This document shows positions 16,729-26,374 of a DNA stretch of 64,000 nt, piece after piece. The DNA is taken from positions 888 to 64,887 of IMG/VR virus record IMGVR_UViG_3300049170_000080; one strand, 5' to 3'. Both the position numbers and the translations under genes were made by a program. Source of the stretch: a virus. Its lineage: Duplodnaviria; Caudoviricetes. The notes under the pieces are model-generated. The model searched no databases. It saw nothing but the letters and a program-made list of their open reading frames with translations, and was not told the origin of the DNA. How positions within the stretch are numbered: position 1 is the first letter of the stretch; every line of letters starts with the position of its first letter.

Positions 16729-17741
16729 CCGGCACCAACAGCATTCTCGAGAGCCAGGCCGTGTCGGTTGAGGCCGCGCGGGCCGCGTGGCTGGAGCACC
16801 GGCACTTCCGCTACCGCGGCTGCGCCCCCGACGCCGACAACCCGCTGCAGATGGCGGGGAACCCGGAGCTGCCGGTGGGCGCGCATCATGCGCCGGACGT
16901 GGACGGCGGGGAGTCGCAGAAGGCGCGGCGGAAGCGGGAGGCCGCGGCGGTCGAGGTGTGCCTATCGTGTCCGGTGATGGTGCTGTGCGACCGGTACGCG
17001 AACAGCCTCACCGAGGAGGGCCGGCTGGCGGAGCCGGACGGGGTGTGGGGCGGGCGTACCGGGCTGGAGCGGCACAAAGCCTTGATTCGGGCGCGGCATG
17101 CGGTGCCGCCGGCGCCGGACCGCCGGTTCGAAACGGCGAAGAAGCGTGCGGTCCTCCGGGCGTTGGCCGTGTGCTGGGATCCGTACGAGGTGGCGGAGGT
17201 GGCGTCACGGCTGCTGCTGTCGTGGGGCGAGGGCCACGGGATGGATGTGGGGAGGGCGAACTGGCAGCGGTCCAATCTGACAACGCTGTTGGGTCTGCCC
17301 CGTGCCGCTACCCGTGCGCAGTTCCTGGCGGCCGCCGGGGAGCGGGGGCTGCTGGAGGGTGTGCAGGTGGTGGCGGATGACGGGTCGGTGCCTGCGGTGC
17401 CGCCGCCGACGCGGATACCGGTCATGGCGGGCGCTGAGGACGACGACCTCTGTCCGCCGAAGGAGCCGCCGCTGCCCGAACCGCTCGGGCCGCCCGAGCC
17501 GTTCCCCGCGCCCGACACCGTGCCGGATCCCGTCGCGGACCCGGAGGAGCCGGAGCAGGCTTCGGAGAGTGGGCGGTTGCGTGGCCCGCTGCGGCTGCTG
17601 TCGCCGCGCCGGAACCGGTTCACCGACGTCCAGGGGCAGATCGCCCTGTGGGAAGCCGAAGACGCCGCGGTCTGCGACCTGGCCGACCTGGCCGAGGTGC
17701 ACACCCTGTTCCCCGCCGAGCAGCTCCTGGCGGCAGCGTGA
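16725..17741 (+). CDS. whiB: WhiB-family Fe-S transcription factor with long C-terminal extension
   Basis: C..CLSCPVMVLC and GVWGG turn. Confidence 0.75.
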   Translation: MTGTNSILESQAVSVEAARAAWLEHRHFRYRGCAPDADNPLQMAGNPELPVGAHHAPDVDGGESQKARRKREAAAVEVCLSCPVMVLCDRYANSLTEEGRLAEPDGVWGGRTGLERHKALIRARHAVPPAPDRRFETAKKRAVLRALAVCWDPYEVAEVASRLLLSWGEGHGMDVGRANWQRSNLTTLLGLPRAATRAQFLAAAGERGLLEGVQVVADDGSVPAVPPPTRIPVMAGAEDDDLCPPKEPPLPEPLGPPEPFPAPDTVPDPVADPEEPEQASESGRLRGPLRLLSPRRNRFTDVQGQIALWEAEDAAVCDLADLAEVHTLFPAEQLLAAA

Positions 17742-18202
17742 CCGGCACCCGGCAGACCTCTGCCCCGCTCGGCCAGGAGGCTGCGCCTGGCCGTGACGAG
17801 GACAGGGCGGCCGACGTTGGGCACGCCGATGCCGTCCTTGCCCGCCGGGCCCGGTCGTCCGGTGACTTCCTGGCCGGTCTCATCGCCGCCGCCCAGCTCG
17901 AGACCGTCGGCCGGCCCGACCGGCTGCCAGCGGACCTGTTCCCGGGCACGGACCCGGAGGTAGTGCAGGAGATATGGGAACGGGCGCTCGCGGTGGGCCT
18001 GCTCGCGGGCAGGGTCTCGTCGGCTCCGCGCCTGTACCGGGATCAGATGGCGCGGGTCGAAGAGGCGTTCGCCCGGGCCGGGTTCGAGGCGATGGGCAGG
18101 GCAGTGGCCCGGGCGCGGCGCCTGGTCGCGCCGGAGGGAGGCCCGCGCGCGGACGGGGAGTCGGCGCGCGGGCACGGCCCGGACGGTAGGGAGCCGGTGT
18201 GA
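17738..18202 (+). CDS. Hypothetical protein
   Basis: GTG overlapping upstream TGA; protein-like translation. Confidence 0.6.
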   Translation: MTGTRQTSAPLGQEAAPGRDEDRAADVGHADAVLARRARSSGDFLAGLIAAAQLETVGRPDRLPADLFPGTDPEVVQEIWERALAVGLLAGRVSSAPRLYRDQMARVEEAFARAGFEAMGRAVARARRLVAPEGGPRADGESARGHGPDGREPV

Positions 18203-18544
18203 TTTGTCGTACGAGAGACACGACTTGGGAGGCGAGGGACAGATGGCAACGTCAACGGGTAGGCTGAGCCGCGCGTCAGACGTGCAGTCATTTGCGAGGC
18301 TGGACGGAAGACGCCCCAGAAAGTCGGAAGCCCCCGCTGCCACCCGATGGGCGGCAGTCCCGGTTTGCGAGGCCGGGACGCGAGGGCTACGACACCACAC
18401 ACGTTTCCAGACGAATGAAGGTGCCGACGTGGCAAAGAGTACCCGGGGTGTTCCCCGATCAGACAGTGAGACCCGAACCTCCGCCGTGAAGATCACACCG
18501 GTGTCGAGTGTTTCGGCCACTGTCCCCACTATCCACATCAGCGC

Positions 18545-19360
18545 ATGACCCCCGACGACCGGGACGGCCTGCTCCGCTACGACGAGCTCGCCGCCCGGGT
18601 CTATGGCGAGGAGCGCATGCCCAGCGGAACCCGGGATCTGATCCTGGCCCTGGGCTGGGTCACCCTGCGCGACCCGAGCCGTCACGACCCCGCCCGATCC
18701 ATTTGGGGCCGAACGCGCGACGTGCTGAACGCGGACAACAAGAAGATCTGGCAGCTCATTGCCGACGACGTTCCGCGCTACGACTCCGACCTGCACGACA
18801 AGCTGTCCTGGGGATGCCAGGCCCCGATGGTCCGCGCGAAGCGGCTGTGCGGCCGTACCACCATGTACGGCTTCTCGGAGTTCGACCCGGCTACCGGGTG
18901 GGCGACCTCCTGGGGGTTCTGCAACCGGCCACGCTGCCGCGAGTACATGCGGGCGATTGAAGCGCGCGCCAAGGGGAGCCAGGAGCGCGCGCCCGAGCCG
19001 ATCCCGAACACTGGCGGTCTGCTTCCCCTGTTCTTCACCTGGAACTGGGAGGACAAGTACCGCAAGGCGATGGAGTTGATCCGGTACAGCACGTCGTGGG
19101 AGCCGCCGTCGTACGGCTTGTCGGCTGATGAATGGCCTGCGGTTCCCGGCCAGGAGAAGCCGAAGGCGTTCCCGAAGCTGCGGCTGGTCGTTTCAGAGGG
19201 CGATGTTGTTGCCGCTCCTGCACCCAAGTTGGTGACTCCAGAAGCCAGCCGCGCCTCGGTGGCGCGCTCGAACCTCCGAGCCGAACGCCAGCGCGCACAG
19301 TTCTCCGTGGTGGACCTGCCACGGCAGGCCTCGTCCATTGAGGGAGATCGAGTGACTTAG
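18545..19360 (+). CDS. Hypothetical protein with Cys cluster
   Basis: 271 aa; CQAP..LCG..GFCNRPRC. Confidence 0.65.
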   Translation: MTPDDRDGLLRYDELAARVYGEERMPSGTRDLILALGWVTLRDPSRHDPARSIWGRTRDVLNADNKKIWQLIADDVPRYDSDLHDKLSWGCQAPMVRAKRLCGRTTMYGFSEFDPATGWATSWGFCNRPRCREYMRAIEARAKGSQERAPEPIPNTGGLLPLFFTWNWEDKYRKAMELIRYSTSWEPPSYGLSADEWPAVPGQEKPKAFPKLRLVVSEGDVVAAPAPKLVTPEASRASVARSNLRAERQRAQFSVVDLPRQASSIEGDRVT

Positions 19361-19384
19361 CAAGTTCGTAAGCGGGAGGTCCTG

Positions 19385-19477
19385 AGCCCCTTGGCGGGGG
19401 CTTCACCCTCAACCGCTGGCCGCTGGTGTTGGCGCACCGTGCGCGGCCTCGTGCAACGGCCCGGAGTTGGCGCTCCG
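19385..19477 (+). ncRNA. Structured leader upstream of rep: three hairpins with identical UUGGCG loop
   Basis: agcccc-TTGGCG-ggggct (19385), ggtg-TTGGCG-cacc (19425), cggag-TTGGCG-ctccg (19462). Confidence 0.5.
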
Positions 19478-19597
19478 AGCTAAGGCCCATCTCTACCGGA
19501 TTGGCAGCCGGTCGGGACGAGCGACTTTCAAAGGTTCTCCAGAACCACCTTCACCACCGAGCGGGCTTTTTCATGTCCGCAGGACGGCAGGTACATA

Positions 19598-21010
19598 GTG
19601 CAGCACCGCACGCCCTCTTGTCAGCTTCCCTCCCCCCGTACGTCCGATTCGCGAGGAATCTCCCACCGAGCGGACGACACTGAGTGCCCCCAGACGCCAC
19701 CGGACACGCACACCCCCAGCCTCGAAACCGAACACCTGATCGATTACAGTGCTGATCGGTTCGCTCTCGTGCGCGGCGCCGCCCAGGAGGTGGCGTGCAC
19801 TGCCTCGCGCCGGAGCGGCCCGCGTCGGTGGCTTCGCGCGGTCCGGTGGCTGATCGCAGCCGGCCTCCACGGCCGTGCGAACGCCACCACGCAGAAGGTG
19901 GCCGACGACCTCGCCGCGCGCATGGACTACGGCTCGGGGCACGTCCGGTACTGCCTGGACGACATGGCCGCCCGGCTCGGTATCTCCAAGGCCAGCATCA
20001 AGCGGCATGTCGGCTACCTCCGCGAGCTGGGGGCGCTGGCGTGGGTGCAGCACGGCACCCGGGCGAACGTCCGCCGGCTGCTCGGCAGGAAGGGGTACGC
20101 GGCGACGGCGACGGTGTACGCCGCGGTGATCCCGGCCGTTTACGACCACGCCATGGGCCACCGCATCATCGGATCCGGCTACACGGCACGCATCATCATC
20201 GACCTCCGCAACCGCCCCACGGTGCCCGCCCAGGCTGCTGGACCTGTGGATAACCCGCCTGTGGATAACTCCACTTCACCGGGCCTTGAGCCCCCTTCCC
20301 GTATGAGGGTTAAGGGAGAGGGTCAGGTACAGGTAGTAGGTGGTGAAGGAACTTCTACCGCGCAAGCGCGGGCAGCCGCACCAGTCACCCGCCCGAAGAA
20401 GAAGCACACGATCACCGGCTACGCGATCACCGCGGAGCGCATCGACCGTGCCCGTCGACTCGCCAAGACGGTGCGGCCGCAGGTGAACTGGATCCAGCGC
20501 GCCACCCACGACCAGCTCTCCTGGGTGCTGCTGGACCTGGTCGCCAAGGACTGGGCCGAGCCGCAGATCGTGCTGTGGCTCAACCGCCTCGGGCTCGAGG
20601 TCGACGCACGCCGGTGGCGGCCCCGCTTCCCGCACCGCGTCATCGCTGCCGCCCTCCTGGGCACCGACCGGGCGGACAAGCAGCGCACCGACACCCAGGG
20701 CGCCACCTACGAGGACGACCTGCGCCACGCGGCCGCACCCACCGAGGAGTTCAGGGCGGTGGCCCGCGCGCTCCGCGAGGAAGTGCCGGAGACGTGGGCG
20801 GAGTACCCGGACCTGGACCAGGTGCCGTCCCAGACCTGGGAGAAGGTCAACTTGCAGGAAGCCGCCACCCAGGACCCGGCGCTGATCCTGTCCTTCGCCC
20901 AGCACGCCGGCCGGGAGGAAGCCATCCGCGTCTTCGGCACGAAGGCGGCCGCCGCCCTCGACTGGGAGCTGGAACGCCAGGCCGCCGGATTCGGGACGAT
21001 CGTCTCGTGA
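19598..21010 (+). CDS. Putative plasmid-type replication initiator (wHTH)
   Basis: CLDDMAARLGISKASIKRHVGYLRELG HTH; resembles Streptomyces plasmid Rep-like proteins from recall; internal DnaA boxes; near par locus; start uncertain. Confidence 0.6.
   Translation: MQHRTPSCQLPSPRTSDSRGISHRADDTECPQTPPDTHTPSLETEHLIDYSADRFALVRGAAQEVACTASRRSGPRRWLRAVRWLIAAGLHGRANATTQKVADDLAARMDYGSGHVRYCLDDMAARLGISKASIKRHVGYLRELGALAWVQHGTRANVRRLLGRKGYAATATVYAAVIPAVYDHAMGHRIIGSGYTARIIIDLRNRPTVPAQAAGPVDNPPVDNSTSPGLEPPSRMRVKGEGQVQVVGGEGTSTAQARAAAPVTRPKKKHTITGYAITAERIDRARRLAKTVRPQVNWIQRATHDQLSWVLLDLVAKDWAEPQIVLWLNRLGLEVDARRWRPRFPHRVIAAALLGTDRADKQRTDTQGATYEDDLRHAAAPTEEFRAVARALREEVPETWAEYPDLDQVPSQTWEKVNLQEAATQDPALILSFAQHAGREEAIRVFGTKAAAALDWELERQAAGFGTIVS
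20245..20268 (-). promoter_or_regulatory. Two perfect DnaA boxes inside rep gene
   Basis: TGTGGATAA at 20245-20253 and 20260-20268 (TTATCCACA on minus strand). Confidence 0.7.
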
Positions 21011-21450
21011 CGCCTCACCCGCAGCTGGCCCTTGTCGGCCTCACCGGCTCCCGCACCTGGCCGGACCTCCGCCTCCTCGAGGACACCCTCCTCGACGTGT
21101 GGCACGACGCCCTCCAGGACGGCTTCGAGGGCATCGAGCTGATGCACGGCTGCGCGGAGGGAGCCGACGCCATCGGTGACGCCTGGGCCATCCGCCACGG
21201 TGTGCCCCGCCGCCGACGGCCGGCCGACTGGAACGGGCCCTGTGCGGACGCCTGCCCGCCCGGACACCGGCGCCGTAACCGCCGTGGCATCGAGTACTGC
21301 CCGCTGGCCGGCCACCGCCGCAACCAGCAGATGGTCGACGAGGGGCCGCTCCTGCTGGTGGCTGCGCACCACAACGGGTCCACCGGTACAGCGGACTGCA
21401 TCCGCCGGGCCGAAGCCGCGGGCATCCCCGTGCTGACGCTGGCCACCTGA
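21007..21450 (+). CDS. SLOG-family (DUF2493/YspA-like) protein
   Basis: LTGSRTW, MHGCAEGAD, AGHRRNQQMV, GTADCIRRA..AGIP. Confidence 0.8.
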   Translation: MTPHPQLALVGLTGSRTWPDLRLLEDTLLDVWHDALQDGFEGIELMHGCAEGADAIGDAWAIRHGVPRRRRPADWNGPCADACPPGHRRRNRRGIEYCPLAGHRRNQQMVDEGPLLLVAAHHNGSTGTADCIRRAEAAGIPVLTLAT

Positions 21451-21482
21451 GCCGGGGGAACGTTGCGCCGGATCCGCGAGAC

Positions 21483-21500
21483 GGTTTACCGCGGTAAACC
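21483..21500. promoter_or_regulatory. Perfect 18-bp palindrome, putative operator
   Basis: GGTTTACCGCGGTAAACC, about 30 bp upstream of ATG 21529. Confidence 0.5.
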
Positions 21501-21528
21501 AATCGGCCCCCGCCCCCGGAGGAGAGCC

Positions 21529-22569
21529 ATGCGCGCCCGCAGCATCGACCGGAACAGCGGAGACGACCGCCAGCCCGGGCTGGCGGTCTCCCGCACCTTC
21601 TGGGTCAGCGACGTCCCCCGCCTTATCCCCCTGTGCCGGATCCTCGGCCACAAGCCCGTCGTGGACGGCACCGCCACCCCCTGCCGGTGGGTGGCCTGCG
21701 ACCGGTGCGGCGTACGCGCCGACCCGCAGGGCAATCTCGACCCCGCGCAGTGGGACATCGGGCAGCCCTACACCGGCCCGGTCCACACCGCGCCCCCACT
21801 GGCCCCGATCGTGCGCCGGCAGCTCGCCCGCAAGGGCATCCAGCCCGCGCATGCCGGAGAGCCCGGCCCCATCCCCACCCGCCCGGTCGGCACCGTGGGC
21901 GGTGAGATCCACGTGGGGAAGTCGAAGTGGCGGTCCGTCGGCGTCGACTTCAAGGTCGGCAACATGGGCAGCGAGCAGGTCCTGGCCGCCAGCCTCCGCC
22001 TCGGCCCGCTCGGCTCCCTCTACCTCCACACCGAGGACCACGGCCGCTGGCTCCAGCGACGCCTGAATGCGACCGGCTACCAGTCCCGCGAGACCGGCCT
22101 GTCCTACTACCGCGGCCGCCTGTCCTGGCAAATATGGGCAAAGCGCGATGAGTGGAGTAAGACGGACCCGAAGTGGATGCACGGCAGCGTTCCCATCGAC
22201 CCCCGCCACTACCTGTACGGACCGACCAGGAACCGGAAGGTGGCCGAGACGGAGAAGGTGCCCGCTGTCGTCCGTATGCCCGAAGGCGACACCTACGACG
22301 TCCTGGTGCACCTGGAGAAGTGGGAGACCCGGCGCACCCGCGGCCGCGCCCGCACCTACTGGACGGCCCAGTGGGATTGCAAGGACGGCATCCCGGTACG
22401 CAATGACACCTGGAAGGGAGACAAGACGTTCTCCTGCGCGTGGGGCATCGAGGGGGTTACGCCGGATACGCCGCGCTGGTCGCACATCATCGCCGCCGCC
22501 GCGGCGGAGACCTGCTCCCGTGACCGGGCTCGCTACAACTACCGGGCCCCCAGTGAGGACGTTGCATGA
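21529..22569 (+). CDS. Hypothetical protein
   Basis: ATG after ggaggag; CRILGH..CDRC zinc-like N-terminus. Confidence 0.7.
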   Translation: MRARSIDRNSGDDRQPGLAVSRTFWVSDVPRLIPLCRILGHKPVVDGTATPCRWVACDRCGVRADPQGNLDPAQWDIGQPYTGPVHTAPPLAPIVRRQLARKGIQPAHAGEPGPIPTRPVGTVGGEIHVGKSKWRSVGVDFKVGNMGSEQVLAASLRLGPLGSLYLHTEDHGRWLQRRLNATGYQSRETGLSYYRGRLSWQIWAKRDEWSKTDPKWMHGSVPIDPRHYLYGPTRNRKVAETEKVPAVVRMPEGDTYDVLVHLEKWETRRTRGRARTYWTAQWDCKDGIPVRNDTWKGDKTFSCAWGIEGVTPDTPRWSHIIAAAAAETCSRDRARYNYRAPSEDVA

Positions 22570-22955
22570 GCCGCAGGAAGACCGGCCGCCGGATCAGCGG
22601 CGACCCCCGCAAGTCCGGCGGCGACATCGCCGGCCCGGGCGGACCCCACGACCGCAACAGCGTCATCGTCGACACCACTAACGCAGTCATCCTGGACGCC
22701 GCGACCGTCACCGAGGTGGAGACCATCAGTGGACAGCCGGGCCTGGCGATGCTCCTCGAGGGCCGCATCGCCCGCACCCCCGAGCGCGCCCGGAACCTGT
22801 ACCTGATGAACGAGGACGGCGCCGCCGCCGTCGTCACCGAACTCCTCGCCCTCGCCCACCGCATGGGCCCCGAGTTCGGCGCACGCTTCACAGCCCGCCT
22901 GCAGCACCTCCTCGACACCGACGCCTTCACCGGCGAACGCCCGGATCCGCAGTAG
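22566..22955 (+). CDS. Hypothetical protein
   Basis: ATGA overlap with previous gene. Confidence 0.65.
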   Translation: MSRRKTGRRISGDPRKSGGDIAGPGGPHDRNSVIVDTTNAVILDAATVTEVETISGQPGLAMLLEGRIARTPERARNLYLMNEDGAAAVVTELLALAHRMGPEFGARFTARLQHLLDTDAFTGERPDPQ

Positions 22956-23023
22956 CCGGGGGAACGATGTGCCGGAATGGGTGCACCGTGTAGGCGATCA
23001 CCGCGCACGAACGGAGCCGCCTC

Positions 23024-23224
23024 ATGCTCGCCACCCCCGCCACGGACACCCAGCCCACCATGTGCCTCCTCCACGGCGACTTCCACACCATGGGCCAGGA
23101 CTGCTGGGCCGCCGCCCTGGACTGGCAGTTCGCCCACCCCCACCTCGAGGGGCAGCAGGCCCGGGACGCCTACCTGGCGGAGGTGGAGCGGCAGATGCTC
23201 GACAACCTGGTCAGGAGCCGCTGA
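23024..23224 (+). CDS. Hypothetical protein
   Basis: ggag RBS; 66 aa. Confidence 0.55.
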   Translation: MLATPATDTQPTMCLLHGDFHTMGQDCWAAALDWQFAHPHLEGQQARDAYLAEVERQMLDNLVRSR

Positions 23225-23358
23225 TGCCCGCCACCGCTCCTGCCCCGTCCCGCCCGCGGCCGCCGGTCGCCTATGAGCACGGGCAGCTGTTCCAGGAGCC
23301 GGTGTACGAGGACGGGCAGCCGTACGACGGCGATGACGACCTCGAGGGCGAGGACTGA
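23224..23358 (+). CDS. Small acidic hypothetical protein
   Basis: TGATG overlap; MPATAP..DGDDDLEGED. Confidence 0.45.
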   Translation: MPATAPAPSRPRPPVAYEHGQLFQEPVYEDGQPYDGDDDLEGED

Positions 23359-23373
23359 GCGAGACAGGAAAGC

Positions 23374-23389
23374 GTGCCACATGTGGCAC
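23374..23389. other. parS-like palindrome 1
   Basis: GTGCCACATGTGGCAC perfect palindrome downstream of par operon. Confidence 0.7.
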
Positions 23390-23441
23390 AAAACCGAGCG
23401 GCCCGGCAGTCCACTTGGACGCCGGGCCTCGAGCCGGAATC

Positions 23442-23459
23442 TGTGCCACATGTGGCACA
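23442..23459. other. parS-like palindrome 2
   Basis: TGTGCCACATGTGGCACA, same core as copy 1. Confidence 0.7.
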
Positions 23460-23470
23460 CTTCGGCGAGC

Positions 23471-24361
23471 TCAGTCCACGGACACCCCGGCTTCGGCGAG
23501 GGCGGCCCCCAGAACCTGGTGCAGCAGGCGGACCCGGTCCGGGTCCTTCTTCACCGCTTCGCGCACGGTGTCCGGGACCAGCAGCTTCGCGGCCCGCTCC
23601 ACTGCCGCTCCCGCATCCACTGGCGCGGATGTCACCGCGGGGGCGTCCTCATCGGGTTCCGGCTTCGTTGACAGGCTCAGCAACTGCTTGGCCTTCTCCA
23701 GCTCTTCCGGAGTCGGCAGCGGCCCCTTCTTCGTCGAACAGGCCGTTGCCCACACCTTCACTACCGACTCCGGGCCGTGCTGGATCCGGACGGGGTGTAG
23801 GGCATCGACCTGGCGGGCCGAGAGGTCCGGCAGCGGGTGTCCGGCTTCCTTCAGCAGCCGCAGCAGGGGGATGGTCTGCGTGATGCGGTAGCCGGTCCTG
23901 CGGGGCATGTCGTGCTGCTCCCTCAGGTACTTTGCGAAGGACCGGTAGGGCTTGCCTCCGCTGTCCAGCATCAGCTTGTACAGCCGATGCTGGTGCACCC
24001 ATGCCAGGTACGGGCCGGCCTCGTCGACGAAGGCTTCGGTGGCGCCTTCGACCTTTTCCTGCCAGCGGGCCTTCGCGGCGTGGATGTTCCGCTCGCATAC
24101 GGCCAACTGGTCGGCAGGCGTGGAGTTCGGGTCGGGCATCGCGGCAGTCGTCTCGAAGACCGGTGCTGCGGGCGCAGGAGCAGGGGCAGCGGCGGGAGCT
24201 GGGACAACCGCCGACGGGGCTGCGGCAGCGGCTTGGGCAAGGCGCTGCTGCTGCTCCTCCTCCCACCTGCGCAGCTGCTCCTCGCGTCCCCCACCCGTGC
24301 CGGTCACCTGCCCGCCGACGACAGGTACGACGGGCAGGTCCTTGGGCCTGTTCCTGCTCAC
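23471..24361 (-). CDS. Putative centromere-binding partner of ParA (no recognisable ParB CTPase N-domain)
   Basis: GTG overlaps parA stop; SFAKYLREQHDMPRRTGYRI HTH-like segment; position between parA and palindromes. Confidence 0.6.
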   Translation of the reverse strand: MSRNRPKDLPVVPVVGGQVTGTGGGREEQLRRWEEEQQQRLAQAAAAAPSAVVPAPAAAPAPAPAAPVFETTAAMPDPNSTPADQLAVCERNIHAAKARWQEKVEGATEAFVDEAGPYLAWVHQHRLYKLMLDSGGKPYRSFAKYLREQHDMPRRTGYRITQTIPLLRLLKEAGHPLPDLSARQVDALHPVRIQHGPESVVKVWATACSTKKGPLPTPEELEKAKQLLSLSTKPEPDEDAPAVTSAPVDAGAAVERAAKLLVPDTVREAVKKDPDRVRLLHQVLGAALAEAGVSVD

Positions 24362-25503
24362 GCGGTCAGCTCCTTCGCCAGCGCACGCATCACTTCGGAC
24401 TGCTGGCAGTCCGGCGCGTACTCCAGCAACGGAATCTCGTAGTCGGAGGCCTCGCGGCCCTCGATCGAGTCCTTCAGCGTTGCGAGAGTGCCGGGGGTGG
24501 TGAGCTCGTGCCATCCGACGTAGAAGGCGCGGGTGACGGTGCCCTTGCGGGAGTCATAGGCGTTGACGACGAAGCCGAGCTGGTCGACGACGACGCCGGT
24601 GCGGGTCTCCACTGCCTCGATCTGCGTGTGCAGGAGGTTGTAGGCCTTGAAGCTGGACTTGTCCGACCAGACGGGAATGAGGATCCCTGACCGTTCGATC
24701 AGCTCGCCGGGACGGCGCTGCACGTAGTGGATGGCGAGGTCCATGGCCAGGCCGAGGTTCGGCGGGCCGTCCAGGATGATGACGTCGTAGTCCTGCTCCA
24801 CCGGGGCCAGAGCGTTGATGAGCGCGCGGTCGCGGCCGATCTGCATCACGGCGAGTTCGGCGTCCATGAGGAATGCGTCTTGGTCGGCAGGCAGGACGTG
24901 CAGGCGTCCGCCGAACCGCTCCTGCGGGAGGGCGACGAGGGAGCGGGCCAGATGCTTGGTGGCCTTTCCCTTCATGTGCGTCAGAAGGCTGTCCGCCCCT
25001 TCGGGGAGACCCTCTATCTGCAGCCTGGTCGACAGGTGCTTCTGGGGGTCGTAGTCGACCAGGAGGACCCGCTTGCCAGCCTCTGCGCAGGCCTGCGCAA
25101 TCCCGGACGCGACGAACGTCTTACCGACGCCGCCCTTCTGATTGCCGACCAGGATGCGCTGCACGGGCTGCTCTACCAGGCGCTCCTGGGGGGAGGGGTA
25201 GGCGTCGAGCCACAGGGTGACGGCTTGGGCCATGCCCTGGACCTTGGTGATGCCGCGTTCCTCGCAGGCCGCAGTGAAGCGTCCGGGCAGGCCGACAGGC
25301 AGGAACACACCCCAAGACCGGGGCTTGTTGGCCTGGACCTCAGGAGCGGACGGGGTATCGAGCCAGAGGTTGATCGCGGAGGTGGCGGCGTCCTGGACGT
25401 TGAGACCGTGCTCGGCTGCGCGGATCCTCAGGTCACGGCGCATCTCTGCCGTCAGATTGACGAGCAGTTTTTCGCGTGATGAATCGGTGCTGGGGTGGGT
25501 CAT
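24358..25503 (-). CDS. parA: ParA-family partition ATPase with N-terminal extension
   Basis: Deviant Walker A NQKGGVGKT, LVDYDPQ, IILDGPP; about 110-aa N-terminal region with two RHH-like repeats. Confidence 0.9.
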   Translation of the reverse strand: MTHPSTDSSREKLLVNLTAEMRRDLRIRAAEHGLNVQDAATSAINLWLDTPSAPEVQANKPRSWGVFLPVGLPGRFTAACEERGITKVQGMAQAVTLWLDAYPSPQERLVEQPVQRILVGNQKGGVGKTFVASGIAQACAEAGKRVLLVDYDPQKHLSTRLQIEGLPEGADSLLTHMKGKATKHLARSLVALPQERFGGRLHVLPADQDAFLMDAELAVMQIGRDRALINALAPVEQDYDVIILDGPPNLGLAMDLAIHYVQRRPGELIERSGILIPVWSDKSSFKAYNLLHTQIEAVETRTGVVVDQLGFVVNAYDSRKGTVTRAFYVGWHELTTPGTLATLKDSIEGREASDYEIPLLEYAPDCQQSEVMRALAKELTA

Positions 25504-26374
25504 GGCGAGCAAATTACCAGGCGATCTTCGCGCGAGGTGGGAGGGGGCAGGGGTGTAGCCGGATTGTCATTCGGATGGCGGAGCGGCGAGTGACGTCGCG
25601 CACGGTCAAGTCCCCGCCTCCGTCCCCGACTTGACGGAATCATGCGCAGCAGGCTGTTGCGTGTGCGGTTTCCGGCCAAAAGCCTGATGGGCTGTCAGCG
25701 GCCGGTCGAATCCAGTCGACGAACTGTCTAATACGTGCACAGTTGTCGGGGTTTTTCATCAGCCAATCGTGTGGACCTGCTGTGAAAACCTTCCCCACAA
25801 GCGAATATGCCGGATTGAGTGAAAGAGCCCGCCCCCCACCAGTTGGGTGGCCGGCCGCCCAGCCGGGGCAGGACCTGCGTGGATCGCAGCCCTCCAGGCT
25901 CCAGCCCTGGCCCGTGGCGGCCGGCCCCACCCTCCCAGTCGCAATCGGGCCGGGGCGGATGGTGGCACTGTTCCTACACCCATGGCACGATCCGCGGCTA
26001 CAATCGCCGCATCTGGCGGGCATGCCCGTGAGGTCTCGAAGCCCCCGCAGGGACTCCAGAGCGCGGTCGTTGTCGGCAAAACACGTCCCCCGCCCTGCCC
26101 GTGGGGGCTTCTCCTTTTCACGCTGCTTGAGCGCTTGGGACGGTAGAAACCGCGTTCAGGTTGCCCCCGGTAACCGCATAGGCCGAATCTGTACACCATC
26201 CCGTGTCAGAGATCGGTCAAAACTCCATCTGTCCTTACACACACGTGTCCCGGGGTGTCACAGTGGCATTCCCATAGCGCGGACTGGCAGCTGCGCGACG
26301 GGCGGGCCTGCCGCACGCCGACCGGCAGGTGCGAGTCCTTCCCGAACATTCTGCCGGAGGAGCGGAGACGCCCC

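Noticed and set aside
16886-18796. 636-aa minus-strand ORF
   Set aside because: Antisense to well-supported plus-strand genes; no motifs
20707-22485. 592-aa minus-strand ORF
   Set aside because: Antisense shadow of rep, SLOG and 21529 genes
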